From positions 4,352,001-4,416,000 of the forward strand of contig OZ244170.1 in NCBI GenBank assembly GCA_965216565.1: a DNA stretch of 64,000 bases, written 5' to 3'. This stretch comes from Bythopirellula sp. (GTDB lineage Bacteria > Planctomycetota > Planctomycetia > Pirellulales > Lacipirellulaceae). The notes beneath the pieces were generated by a model. It was not told the origin of the DNA. It saw nothing but the letters and a program-made list of their open reading frames with translations, and made no database searches. Numbering within the stretch: position 1 is the first letter of the stretch; the number at the start of each line of letters is the position of its first letter. Below are positions 28,511 to 36,756 of the stretch, piece by piece. The translations under genes were made by a program, and so were the position numbers.

Positions 28511-30226
28511 ATGTCACAACGCTTAAATTCTTTCCTGGTGCTGTCTGTGCTTGTGAGTCTGTTTGTCTTGTCGACCCTTGAGGCTCAAAGCTATGCGCTG
28601 AATGGCGGCCCCCTACGTGTGAAACCTCGAAACGGCTGGAAGGCCTTCGAAGTGATCTCGACCGGCGACAATCCGGCAGGCGATGGCCAGAACTGGACGA
28701 TGCCTACGACCTTCGATGGCTTAGGGGCACAGCTTGTAGGTTCTGATACTCTGCGAGTTCAAGTGAACCACGAAATAGGCGATGCCACAATCAGCCAGGT
28801 GGATCTCAATCTCGGCAGTTTGTTGGACGCCATCTCAAACACAATTGTCGGCGGCACTCCGGACGTGAACTTTGTCAACTCCGCTCAGCAGGCGTACAGT
28901 CGTTGGAGCAACGATGCCGGGCAAACTTGGACCAATACGACCGGAGTATCGAACACCAACTTCAACCGATTCTGTTCAGGCCAGTCGTATCTACCAAACA
29001 CATTTGGAGCGGATCGTGGATTTGTCGACAACGTTTATGTGACCGGCGAAGAGAGTTTTGGTGCGTCAGGATTTAATCGGCTCTTTGCCCTGGACCTAGA
29101 CAACAGAGACTTCTACCAACTGAGCGGAGTTTCGGGCAGTGCCGCGGGCGGCTTGGGAGGCATGCCTTTCGATAGCTGGGAAAACGCTGCACTGGTGGAT
29201 ACGGGCGAAACAGATCACGTAGCGCTGCTGCTCTCGCCCGACGGTGGCACTCAATCAATGCAGATTTACATTGGCGAAAAAGGAAAAGATCCCAACGGCA
29301 ACGCGTCGAGCGATTTTCTGGCTCGCAATGGCCTAGCCTATGGGAGCTACTATTACCTGAACGATTTTCTTCCCGGCAGCGGGACCTCCACCAATGGTAC
29401 ATTCGATACGACGATCTCGGGATCTCTCAATTCTTCGAAGCTTGAAGACGTCGACACGAGTCCCAGCGAACCTACAAGGGTTGTGCTTGGCGACCAAGAT
29501 TCTGGACTGTTTACCTTCGATTTTGATCTCGATTTCAGTGGTGGAAGCTTCTCGGCTGGGACATCCGGATTTTCCCTTACCAAGACCCAAAATCATGTGA
29601 ACAATACCGTCGATTCCTTTGGAGATGCCGACAACGTAGAGTGGACCGAACCAACGGAAATTGGTGGAAAGCAGTACCCAGAAGGTGTTATCTTTGTGAA
29701 TGAAGATACGAATAATGGTGAAATCTGGATGACCACGCCTTTGGGGCTCACCGATCCGAATGGAAATGTCTTGATCAAGATTGGTGATACGGTGGGACTC
29801 TCGGCAGCCACAGAAACTTCGGGCATCCTGGATATCTCAGGACTATTGGGCTTTACCCCTGGCAACGTGTTGCTAACCAGTAACCAGTCAACGAGTGGTA
29901 CCCTTGCTTCCTCGCTCAGTGTGCTGATCAATCCAGATCTCAGTGCAGGCTCGGCCGACTTTGATGGCGATGGGCTGGTGACGGGTCTCGATTTCCTCAC
30001 GTGGCAAGAGGGTGCGACGGATGCCAGCGCGTCGGGTCAGAGCGAAGGTGATGCCAACATCAACGGAGCCATCGGCTCCACAGACTTGGCTATATGGGCC
30101 GCCCAATACGGCGGCGCGCCGGAGACTCCTGTCCTGGCCAGTGTCCCAGAGCCTTCGATTGCTTGGCTGCTCTTAACGAGCAGTCTGGTATGGTTGCGAT
30201 TCCGCCGAAAAACTTCTTGCCACTAA
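28511..30226 (+). CDS. Secreted PEP-CTERM protein; probable beta-propeller (PhoX/DUF839-like), dockerin-like domain
   Basis: Signal peptide; DGLGA, VNHE, RFCS, TGEE, SWENA, EDV, DNV, NED, ETSGILD acidic motifs; DFDGDGLVTGLDFLTWQ; VPEPS + TM + RRK. Confidence 0.75.
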   Translation: MSQRLNSFLVLSVLVSLFVLSTLEAQSYALNGGPLRVKPRNGWKAFEVISTGDNPAGDGQNWTMPTTFDGLGAQLVGSDTLRVQVNHEIGDATISQVDLNLGSLLDAISNTIVGGTPDVNFVNSAQQAYSRWSNDAGQTWTNTTGVSNTNFNRFCSGQSYLPNTFGADRGFVDNVYVTGEESFGASGFNRLFALDLDNRDFYQLSGVSGSAAGGLGGMPFDSWENAALVDTGETDHVALLLSPDGGTQSMQIYIGEKGKDPNGNASSDFLARNGLAYGSYYYLNDFLPGSGTSTNGTFDTTISGSLNSSKLEDVDTSPSEPTRVVLGDQDSGLFTFDFDLDFSGGSFSAGTSGFSLTKTQNHVNNTVDSFGDADNVEWTEPTEIGGKQYPEGVIFVNEDTNNGEIWMTTPLGLTDPNGNVLIKIGDTVGLSAATETSGILDISGLLGFTPGNVLLTSNQSTSGTLASSLSVLINPDLSAGSADFDGDGLVTGLDFLTWQEGATDASASGQSEGDANINGAIGSTDLAIWAAQYGGAPETPVLASVPEPSIAWLLLTSSLVWLRFRRKTSCH

Positions 30227-30378
30227 AGCAACTCGCTAATTCTCAAGGCCATGAATAACTCGAACAGCACGAAAAACGCTAGTTGATCTGTTCGCTTATC
30301 CTTAGAGTTTACTTGTGGCTAGCTCAAAAACTGCTCGAAGCCTTTTCTGAGGCAAATTAACGCTTGAATATTATGATA

Positions 30379-30397
30379 TTACGGAGTAACGTATAAT
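30379..30397 (+). promoter_or_regulatory. Putative operator TTAC-GGA-GTAA next to a TATAAT -10 box
   Basis: Short palindrome adjoining a consensus -10 upstream of an ArsR-like gene. Confidence 0.35.
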
Positions 30398-30435
30398 CAA
30401 CTAATGTACGTGCACTTCCATCAGACGATCTACCT

Positions 30436-31008
30436 ATGGCCAAGCCTCACAAAAAGAAGCCCACATCTAAGGTCGAGGCACGCCTAAAGGCGCTCGAGGG
30501 CCAGGTCGAGACATTGAGCGGACTGATTTTGGGCAATTCTCAATCCACTGGAAAATCTGGAAGGTCGAAGAAGAAAAGGCAGATGCCCAAGGCAGAGAAG
30601 TTTTGGGCCCTCGAGCATATCCAGCAGCATCAGCAGCAAGATGGTGGTGTAATGTTCGCCGGATACGTCACCTTGCCTGCAGAAGAAACTTATGCCTGGC
30701 AAATCGAATCGCAAACGAATGAGCTGCTCCAAGCCAACTGGTCTCCCGCCCAACTCCCGCTGGCCGCACTCGCGCATCCAGTTCGTTTATCAATCTTAAA
30801 AGCTATTCTCTGCGGGCAGCGCGATACCCAGGCTTTGCAGGCGCTCCCTGAAATGGGAACCACCGGCCAGCTCTACCATCACCTGAAAGAACTTGAATCG
30901 GCTGGATGGATCCGACAACCCCGCCGTGGCCAGTACATTCTGTTGGCTGAACGCGTGGTTCCATTGCTGGCAATCATGGCTGCCTGCGAAGTTACGGATA
31001 GAAAGTGA
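30436..31008 (+). CDS. ArsR-like winged-helix transcriptional regulator
   Basis: LAALAHPVRLSIL...GTTGQLYHHLKELESAGWI...RGQY. Confidence 0.88.
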   Translation: MAKPHKKKPTSKVEARLKALEGQVETLSGLILGNSQSTGKSGRSKKKRQMPKAEKFWALEHIQQHQQQDGGVMFAGYVTLPAEETYAWQIESQTNELLQANWSPAQLPLAALAHPVRLSILKAILCGQRDTQALQALPEMGTTGQLYHHLKELESAGWIRQPRRGQYILLAERVVPLLAIMAACEVTDRK

Positions 31009-31072
31009 TGTGCGTTATTAACCAAGATTCACCTCAATTTTACTTCCCACTTTGTCGCAAGGTCTACGAATT

Positions 31073-32608
31073 ATGCAGTCTCTCATTTCATTGAGTCGCT
31101 ACCGTCACGGAGGCTATCGTCGACTCCTATTGTGCCCACCATTGTTAGCACTTCTTTATGTGGGTGTGACTATCTTGACCTGTGCGCAAAAAACTAATGC
31201 CCAGCCATTCGATATTAAGAATCCGCACCCTACTCTCGATGCGATCCGGTTGAAGCACAATCTTCCAGGCCTTGGCGCTGCAGTTGTTACCGAAGAGGGG
31301 TTGCAGCTACTGTCGGTGACCGGCGTGCGTAAAAAGGGTGAGCGAATAGAGGTGACCGAGAAGGACCTGTGGCATCTCGGATCATGTGGCAAAGCGTTGA
31401 CAGCGACGATGATCGCGAGATTGGTTGAAGACGGTAAATTGAGTTACCAGCAAACTATGGGCGACACGTTTCCCGAGCTGGTCTCGAAAATGAGCGAGCG
31501 GTTCAAAAAGATTCGGTTGATCGACCTGCTGTCACACACCAGTGGGCTGCCACCCAACTTCAACTTGCAAAACTACGTGAACGAAAAGAGTGTCACTCGT
31601 GCGCGGCGTAAGGTGCTCCGCGAAGCGATTGAAACTCCTTTGCTCAGCAATCCAGGTGAGAAATATTCCTATTCCAATTGGGGATACACGCTCGCTGGCC
31701 ATATGGCAGAGAAAGCAACTCGCAGGAGTTGGGAATCATTGATGAAGGCTGAGGTCTTTAAACCACTGCAGATGACGACCGCTGGTTTTGGCGGAACGGG
31801 TACTCCAGGCAAAATCGATCAGCCTTGGCCGCATGCCGCTTCTGGAAGCCCCATGCCGAGCAATGGCAAAGAGATGGACAACTTACCGGTGATGGGCCCT
31901 GCTGGAACGATACACATGTCGCTGGAGGATTGGGGGAAGTTTGTCAGCGAGCACCTGAAGGGCCATCTAGGCAAGAGTCGCTATTTGACGCAAGCCAGCT
32001 TTGAGAAGCTGCATACTGCGGTCAAGGAGAACTACGCATTGGGCTGGATGTCTCTGCCGCGACCCTGGGCGGGGGGCAATGCTCTGCATCACGGCGGCGA
32101 TAATACCATGAATAATGCAATCGTGTGGGCAGCACCGAATAAGCGGTTTGCGGTGCTGGTCGTTACCAACCAAAGTACCACCGGACCGGCTGCCGACGAA
32201 GTTGCGTCTGGACTTCTTGTCGCGTGGCAAGCAGGTCCTCAGAAAGCTCCGCTACAAACACGTGGGAGAGATTTCCCGAAGCGTGCTCCATTTCGGGCGG
32301 TTCGTTGGAGAAAAAATGAACCCGTGGTAAATGTCCATGGGGAGTGGTTCACACTCATTTCCATCGATAAAGTGGCCGCCACCGAAATCGTAGGGTTCAG
32401 TCAAGAAAGCTATGGTGATAAGTGGAAGAAACGGTTTGAGGAAGATCTGGTCGAGGTCCTAGCAGGAATGGGCAACGAGCCTGAGGATACCGTCGAACTA
32501 GTCGTAAAGCCACTGAAGGAATCGAAAACGCGTACTCTGATCGGCGTCGCCATGACTGAGGCAAATCGCCAGGCCATTCGCGCAGCAGCGGCAGGCCATC
32601 CGGATTGA
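31073..32608 (+). CDS. Serine hydrolase, beta-lactamase class C-like, with extra C-terminal domain
   Basis: SxxK (GSCGK), LLSHTSGL, YSYSNWGY, HHGG; N-terminal hydrophobic signal. Confidence 0.9.
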   Translation: MQSLISLSRYRHGGYRRLLLCPPLLALLYVGVTILTCAQKTNAQPFDIKNPHPTLDAIRLKHNLPGLGAAVVTEEGLQLLSVTGVRKKGERIEVTEKDLWHLGSCGKALTATMIARLVEDGKLSYQQTMGDTFPELVSKMSERFKKIRLIDLLSHTSGLPPNFNLQNYVNEKSVTRARRKVLREAIETPLLSNPGEKYSYSNWGYTLAGHMAEKATRRSWESLMKAEVFKPLQMTTAGFGGTGTPGKIDQPWPHAASGSPMPSNGKEMDNLPVMGPAGTIHMSLEDWGKFVSEHLKGHLGKSRYLTQASFEKLHTAVKENYALGWMSLPRPWAGGNALHHGGDNTMNNAIVWAAPNKRFAVLVVTNQSTTGPAADEVASGLLVAWQAGPQKAPLQTRGRDFPKRAPFRAVRWRKNEPVVNVHGEWFTLISIDKVAATEIVGFSQESYGDKWKKRFEEDLVEVLAGMGNEPEDTVELVVKPLKESKTRTLIGVAMTEANRQAIRAAAAGHPD

Positions 32609-33093
32609 CCCTCAAGAAACGAGAAGAGCCGCAGCGTTCTTGACGATCGCTACGGCTCAACCCTTCTGTATCAAACTTCCGGTCTAATTGCGACGGTGTG
32701 GAGTCGCTGGAAGAATGGCGCGTGTCGGACAGTGCTGCGCACTGCCATGGTATCGACTCGGGCCAATCCAAAAAATTGGTCCTCCCGACGGAATTGCGAC
32801 CAGGAAGTTTGGCTTGGTTATCCGCCTGCTTGGCGGAATTGTTCTCGGTTGCTCTTCAGTTATCGGATTTCGTCCCCCATAGGCTCCAGTCCGAAGCCGC
32901 CAGGGACGAGACATTACAAAGTAATTCTACCTCGCGGAATAGGGGTATGAGAGCGATTTTTCTGGAGCAAACTTTGTGCCAAAGAATAAATTGTTAATTA
33001 CACGATTTTTCGAAAATTAGTTTGCGGAAAGCCCCACTAAACAGTTGCATTTTACAAAACATTCAACTCATCCCTACCAAATGCTGGCGGGCC

Positions 33094-33122
33094 AGTTGAC
33101 CTTGCCAAGTTGGAGGTCAACT
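33094..33122. promoter_or_regulatory. Inverted repeat AGTTGACCT-N11-AGGTCAACT (putative operator or hairpin)
   Basis: 9-bp perfect arms with inner CCAA-G-TTGG in an AT-rich intergenic region. Confidence 0.4.
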
Positions 33123-33166
33123 CGTACAAGTCGGACCGCTAATTTTCTAGATGGTGGGGTATTTTC

Positions 33167-33613
33167 TTGGCGGGGGTGATGGGCTTGCTGATGGCGAGTT
33201 CGTCGAAAGGTTGCGAGATGGACAGTTGGTATCTGGGTCGGTGGCAGAGGTCGAATTGGTTAGTTGGTTTTGTGATAGTGGCGACAGGCTGCGCCGTTGC
33301 GTTCCTGCAGTGGGCTCCCTCAAGCTTTGCCCAACAATCGATCACTCCTAACTCGAGCCAAGGACGGCGGGTCGATCTGCGCGATCAACTTGTCGCTGGT
33401 CTGAGAGCATTTACACCAGCAGATCGCTTGTTCATTGACAAAGTCGTCGCAGCGGTTGGCCAAGGCAAGCTTCCACGTCGCGTGGTAGACGGCACATTCC
33501 TCTGGGCTCGCGACCGCGCTGCCCGACGTAGCTCGATGCGTCGCTTGCGGCCGATGGTCTACTTTAGACCCGCGCTAGCTGCACGTGCCAAGCGATTCGG
33601 GGTCGTGCTCTAG
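33167..33613 (+). CDS. Hypothetical exported basic protein (start uncertain)
   Basis: Hydrophobic segment then LRDQLVAGLRA...GKLPRRVVDGTFLWAR...YFRPAL. Confidence 0.6.
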   Translation: MAGVMGLLMASSSKGCEMDSWYLGRWQRSNWLVGFVIVATGCAVAFLQWAPSSFAQQSITPNSSQGRRVDLRDQLVAGLRAFTPADRLFIDKVVAAVGQGKLPRRVVDGTFLWARDRAARRSSMRRLRPMVYFRPALAARAKRFGVVL

Positions 33614-33778
33614 CCGTCATCTTCGGCAGAAGATACGAGTATCGGCTTGGCAATCTACGTAGGTTATTAGGGAAATTGACTTCTATTCAGTCTCCCACGA
33701 ATCGGGTATGCTATTGAGCTAATCGGGCTGCTGCCAGCCCATCATTCGCTCGGTCTTCACCCGTAATAATAATTCGAT

Positions 33779-34195
33779 ATGGCCAAAAAGAAGGCAAAGA
33801 AGAAAGCACCCGCTAAGAAAAAGGCGGCTGCCAAAAAGAAGGCTCCTGCTAAAAAGAAGGCAGCCAAGAAAACGACTAAGAAGAAAGCCGCTGCGACAAA
33901 AAAGAAAGCGGCCAAGAAGGCTCCTGCCAAAAAGAAGGCCGCTCCCGCCAAAAAGAAAAAGGCAGCAAAAAAGGCACCCGCAGCCAAGAAGCCGGCCAAA
34001 AAGAAGTCGACTCGTCGCAAAGCAAAGGTGATTCGTTTGAAGGCCTATTGGGGAGTCTTTAGTCAATCGCTCCGGAGGGTCGCGCTGTTCGAATTCAACG
34101 AACGGAAGCAGGCTGAAAAGAAGGCCGTCGAACTCTCCAAGGGCGGCAAAAGCCCCCACTTCGTCCAACCGGTCAAGGAAGAGATTGCAGAGTAG
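33779..34195 (+). CDS. Histone H1-like Lys/Ala-rich protein with small C-terminal domain
   Basis: ~80 aa of AKKKA/PAKK repeats followed by RLKAYWGVF...HFVQPVKE. Confidence 0.85.
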   Translation: MAKKKAKKKAPAKKKAAAKKKAPAKKKAAKKTTKKKAAATKKKAAKKAPAKKKAAPAKKKKAAKKAPAAKKPAKKKSTRRKAKVIRLKAYWGVFSQSLRRVALFEFNERKQAEKKAVELSKGGKSPHFVQPVKEEIAE

Positions 34196-34219
34196 AGTAA
34201 GCGGCGGAGCTGCTTGGGA

Positions 34220-34591
34220 TCATCCCAAGATTTTCCTGAGCCGCTCCTCAGTCTCTGGCTTTTCCAGTTCTAGCTTGCCGAATCCGCGTTGGGCGCCGAT
34301 CGCCTCGGCTGCATCTTGATGCTCGGGGAAGTTGGTCACCAGCATCACGGGAACATCTTTTAACTCGACATCAGACTTGATCTGTTTGATGACTTCGATG
34401 CCATCGGAGTAGTCGCGATCGAGTTTGCGGTTTACCAGCACTAAGTCGAACGCTCCGCTGCGAAGTTTTTCGAGCGCATCGTCCGCTCCGTGAGCCTGAG
34501 CCACTTCGCTACCAAAGCGTCCGCTCAGGAAACTCTCAATCGTTGAGAAGTCTGGCCCACAGTTTCCGACATCTAATACGCGTTTAGCCAT
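34220..34591 (-). CDS. Single-domain receiver (CheY-like), atypical
   Basis: Receiver pattern FDLVLVN...DGIEVIKQIK...VPVMLVT...GA; canonical Asp replaced by Asn. Confidence 0.8.
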   Translation of the reverse strand: MAKRVLDVGNCGPDFSTIESFLSGRFGSEVAQAHGADDALEKLRSGAFDLVLVNRKLDRDYSDGIEVIKQIKSDVELKDVPVMLVTNFPEHQDAAEAIGAQRGFGKLELEKPETEERLRKILG

Positions 34592-34597
34592 GGATAT

Positions 34598-36595
34598 TTA
34601 TTCTTTCTCGCTGGAGTTTTCGTTTGCGATCGCAAACAGATGCGTGCGATTGCTGATGTAGAGCACATTGTCGGCAACAATAGGTGTGCTGTAGACGCTA
34701 TTGCCCATGTCTCGAGTGCCATAGGCGGGTTCCTCATCTTCCATGGCAACCGTCGGATCGGCGGAGTGTTTGAAGATGGCCACTTCGCCGTCCTCGTCGC
34801 CAATGTATACCTTGTCTTCGACTATCAATGGCGAGCCCCAGGCAGCGCTTAACATATCGTAAGTCCAGTGGACTTTGCCCGTTTCCGCGTCGAGACAGTG
34901 AAATAGGCCACTGAAATCGGCGATATAGAGGATGTCGTCGCGGATGGCGACTGTCCCGCAACTACGATGCATGGTTTCTTCAAACTCGATTTCGCCGTCG
35001 TCGTTCTGATCGAAACCGCTGTAGTGCCAAATCACGGCAGAGTCTGGATTGGCCCGGGCCAAATCGCCTTCTTCCGGAACTACCGCTTGAACGCGTTTGT
35101 GAGGAATAACTTTGTCAGGATCAGCGGAGTTGAAAGCCAGTTCGGGGCTCACATCGCCGCTGCCAGAGGGATCGATGCACCACAGGTGGCCGATGCCCTC
35201 GCCGTGCTCGGGGTCTTGGCCCACTGCCACATACACGCGATCTTCGTAGATGACCGGTGTGGCAATGATGTTGTTGCGCGTGCCGCGACCACCCAATTCC
35301 CACTTAGAGGTTTTGGGATTGGCGTCGAACTTCCACCATAGTTTGGCTTTGCCATCGGAGGTGCCACGGGGATCGAAGCTATAAACCCAACCATCACCCC
35401 CGGCGAATATCACCTGTGGTTTTCCAGAAAGCATGCCGTAGGTCGGTGATGACCACTGACCATGCAGAATATTAAGTCCAGGGGAATTATCGGTCCAAAG
35501 CACTTGGCCGCTATTCTTGTCCATTGCGAAAAAGCTGGGTGCCTCGGGCGCAGGGATGTAATTGTGCTCGACGTCTACACCGTTAGAAGTGTTCACAAAC
35601 AGCACGTCTCCTGCGGAGGTGACCGAGCAGCTACACATGTTGTGCTGCGAGATCCCCAATTCTTCCATCATGTCGTAGTTCCACACGACGTCGGCTTCCT
35701 GTTTGTCTGCTAGAGATCGTTCCTTGAAAATGGAGAGGACCTTCCCGACCAGCTTTGCGGTGAGCTGGCGATCTGTGCCGTCGAAATTGCCGTCCAGCGT
35801 CCAGCCAGTACCAGGATTGATGGCTTTCACAGAAACATCTCCCGCGACGGGTTCGCCGCGTTCTTTGAGAATCTCTTCCAGGGCCCCTACCACTTCGCCC
35901 TCGGTCAGTCCCTCCAGAATTTCTGGCAGAACTTCCTCTTTCTCGGCGTTGACGGTGGCGGGAGTGATGTCGACGATTCGCAGGGAGCCGTTCTGATGAG
36001 GGCCATCGTCTTGTTCGTCGTAGAACCCTTCGGTGTCGAGGCATCGCACTTCGCCGCGACTCGTGACGAACCACAGCCGATCGTTCTCAACTAAGGGAGC
36101 GCAACAAATCCCTTGTAACGGCCAATCATGCACACGGCCTGTCGGCAGCTTTTCGCTGGAATGCTGCCAGAGGAAATCGCCCGTTTCGGCATCGAAAGCG
36201 ATGAGGCAGCCAAGATCGATTCCCGCGGGGTAACGCGGCAGCCAACCGCCGCTATTGTTCGTGCCAACAAATACCCTGCCGCCGGTCACAACCGCATTGC
36301 CATAGGTTTGCGAGCCCAGTCGGGAAACCCACTTGATGTTTTCAGCGGTCGACGAATCCCACTCACCGGTACGGTAGTCGAAGTCCCCCACTTCCCACTC
36401 GATGGGAATGCCCTCGCCGACGGGAACGTTATTTCTCTGGGAGTCACCACCCCACTGCGGCCACTCGGTAGTTTGTTGTTCAGTAGAGTCAGCAGTGGTA
36501 TCAGCCTGGCCCGCGACTTGCTCCAACCCAGCACCAGCTAACCAGCCGAGGAGCAGTGCCGCACCGAGACTCGCAAATCTTGCAATTCTTTTCAT
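34598..36595 (-). CDS. PQQ-like (BamB-type) beta-propeller exported protein
   Basis: Signal peptide, EWPQWGG, repeated DAETG-xxW blades, WSSP, WGSP, YSTP. Confidence 0.88.
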   Translation of the reverse strand: MKRIARFASLGAALLLGWLAGAGLEQVAGQADTTADSTEQQTTEWPQWGGDSQRNNVPVGEGIPIEWEVGDFDYRTGEWDSSTAENIKWVSRLGSQTYGNAVVTGGRVFVGTNNSGGWLPRYPAGIDLGCLIAFDAETGDFLWQHSSEKLPTGRVHDWPLQGICCAPLVENDRLWFVTSRGEVRCLDTEGFYDEQDDGPHQNGSLRIVDITPATVNAEKEEVLPEILEGLTEGEVVGALEEILKERGEPVAGDVSVKAINPGTGWTLDGNFDGTDRQLTAKLVGKVLSIFKERSLADKQEADVVWNYDMMEELGISQHNMCSCSVTSAGDVLFVNTSNGVDVEHNYIPAPEAPSFFAMDKNSGQVLWTDNSPGLNILHGQWSSPTYGMLSGKPQVIFAGGDGWVYSFDPRGTSDGKAKLWWKFDANPKTSKWELGGRGTRNNIIATPVIYEDRVYVAVGQDPEHGEGIGHLWCIDPSGSGDVSPELAFNSADPDKVIPHKRVQAVVPEEGDLARANPDSAVIWHYSGFDQNDDGEIEFEETMHRSCGTVAIRDDILYIADFSGLFHCLDAETGKVHWTYDMLSAAWGSPLIVEDKVYIGDEDGEVAIFKHSADPTVAMEDEEPAYGTRDMGNSVYSTPIVADNVLYISNRTHLFAIANENSSEKE

Positions 36596-36756
36596 TTGTC
36601 GCTACCTAGAGTTTTTGTGTGCTAGTTGTTCGCGGTTGTTAAAGCGTTTGTGTGTTCCCGCTCCGCTTGTCCGTTGTGTGTTCGTAGTGCCGTAGCTGAC
36701 ACCGCTAACTTTTGGTTGGCGAGTACCACACTCTTCACGCCTTCTCTCAATTCTCA

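Noticed and set aside
33719..34168. Antisense Phe/Leu-rich 'membrane protein' ORFs
   Set aside because: Reverse-complement shadow of Lys/Ala codons of the histone-like gene
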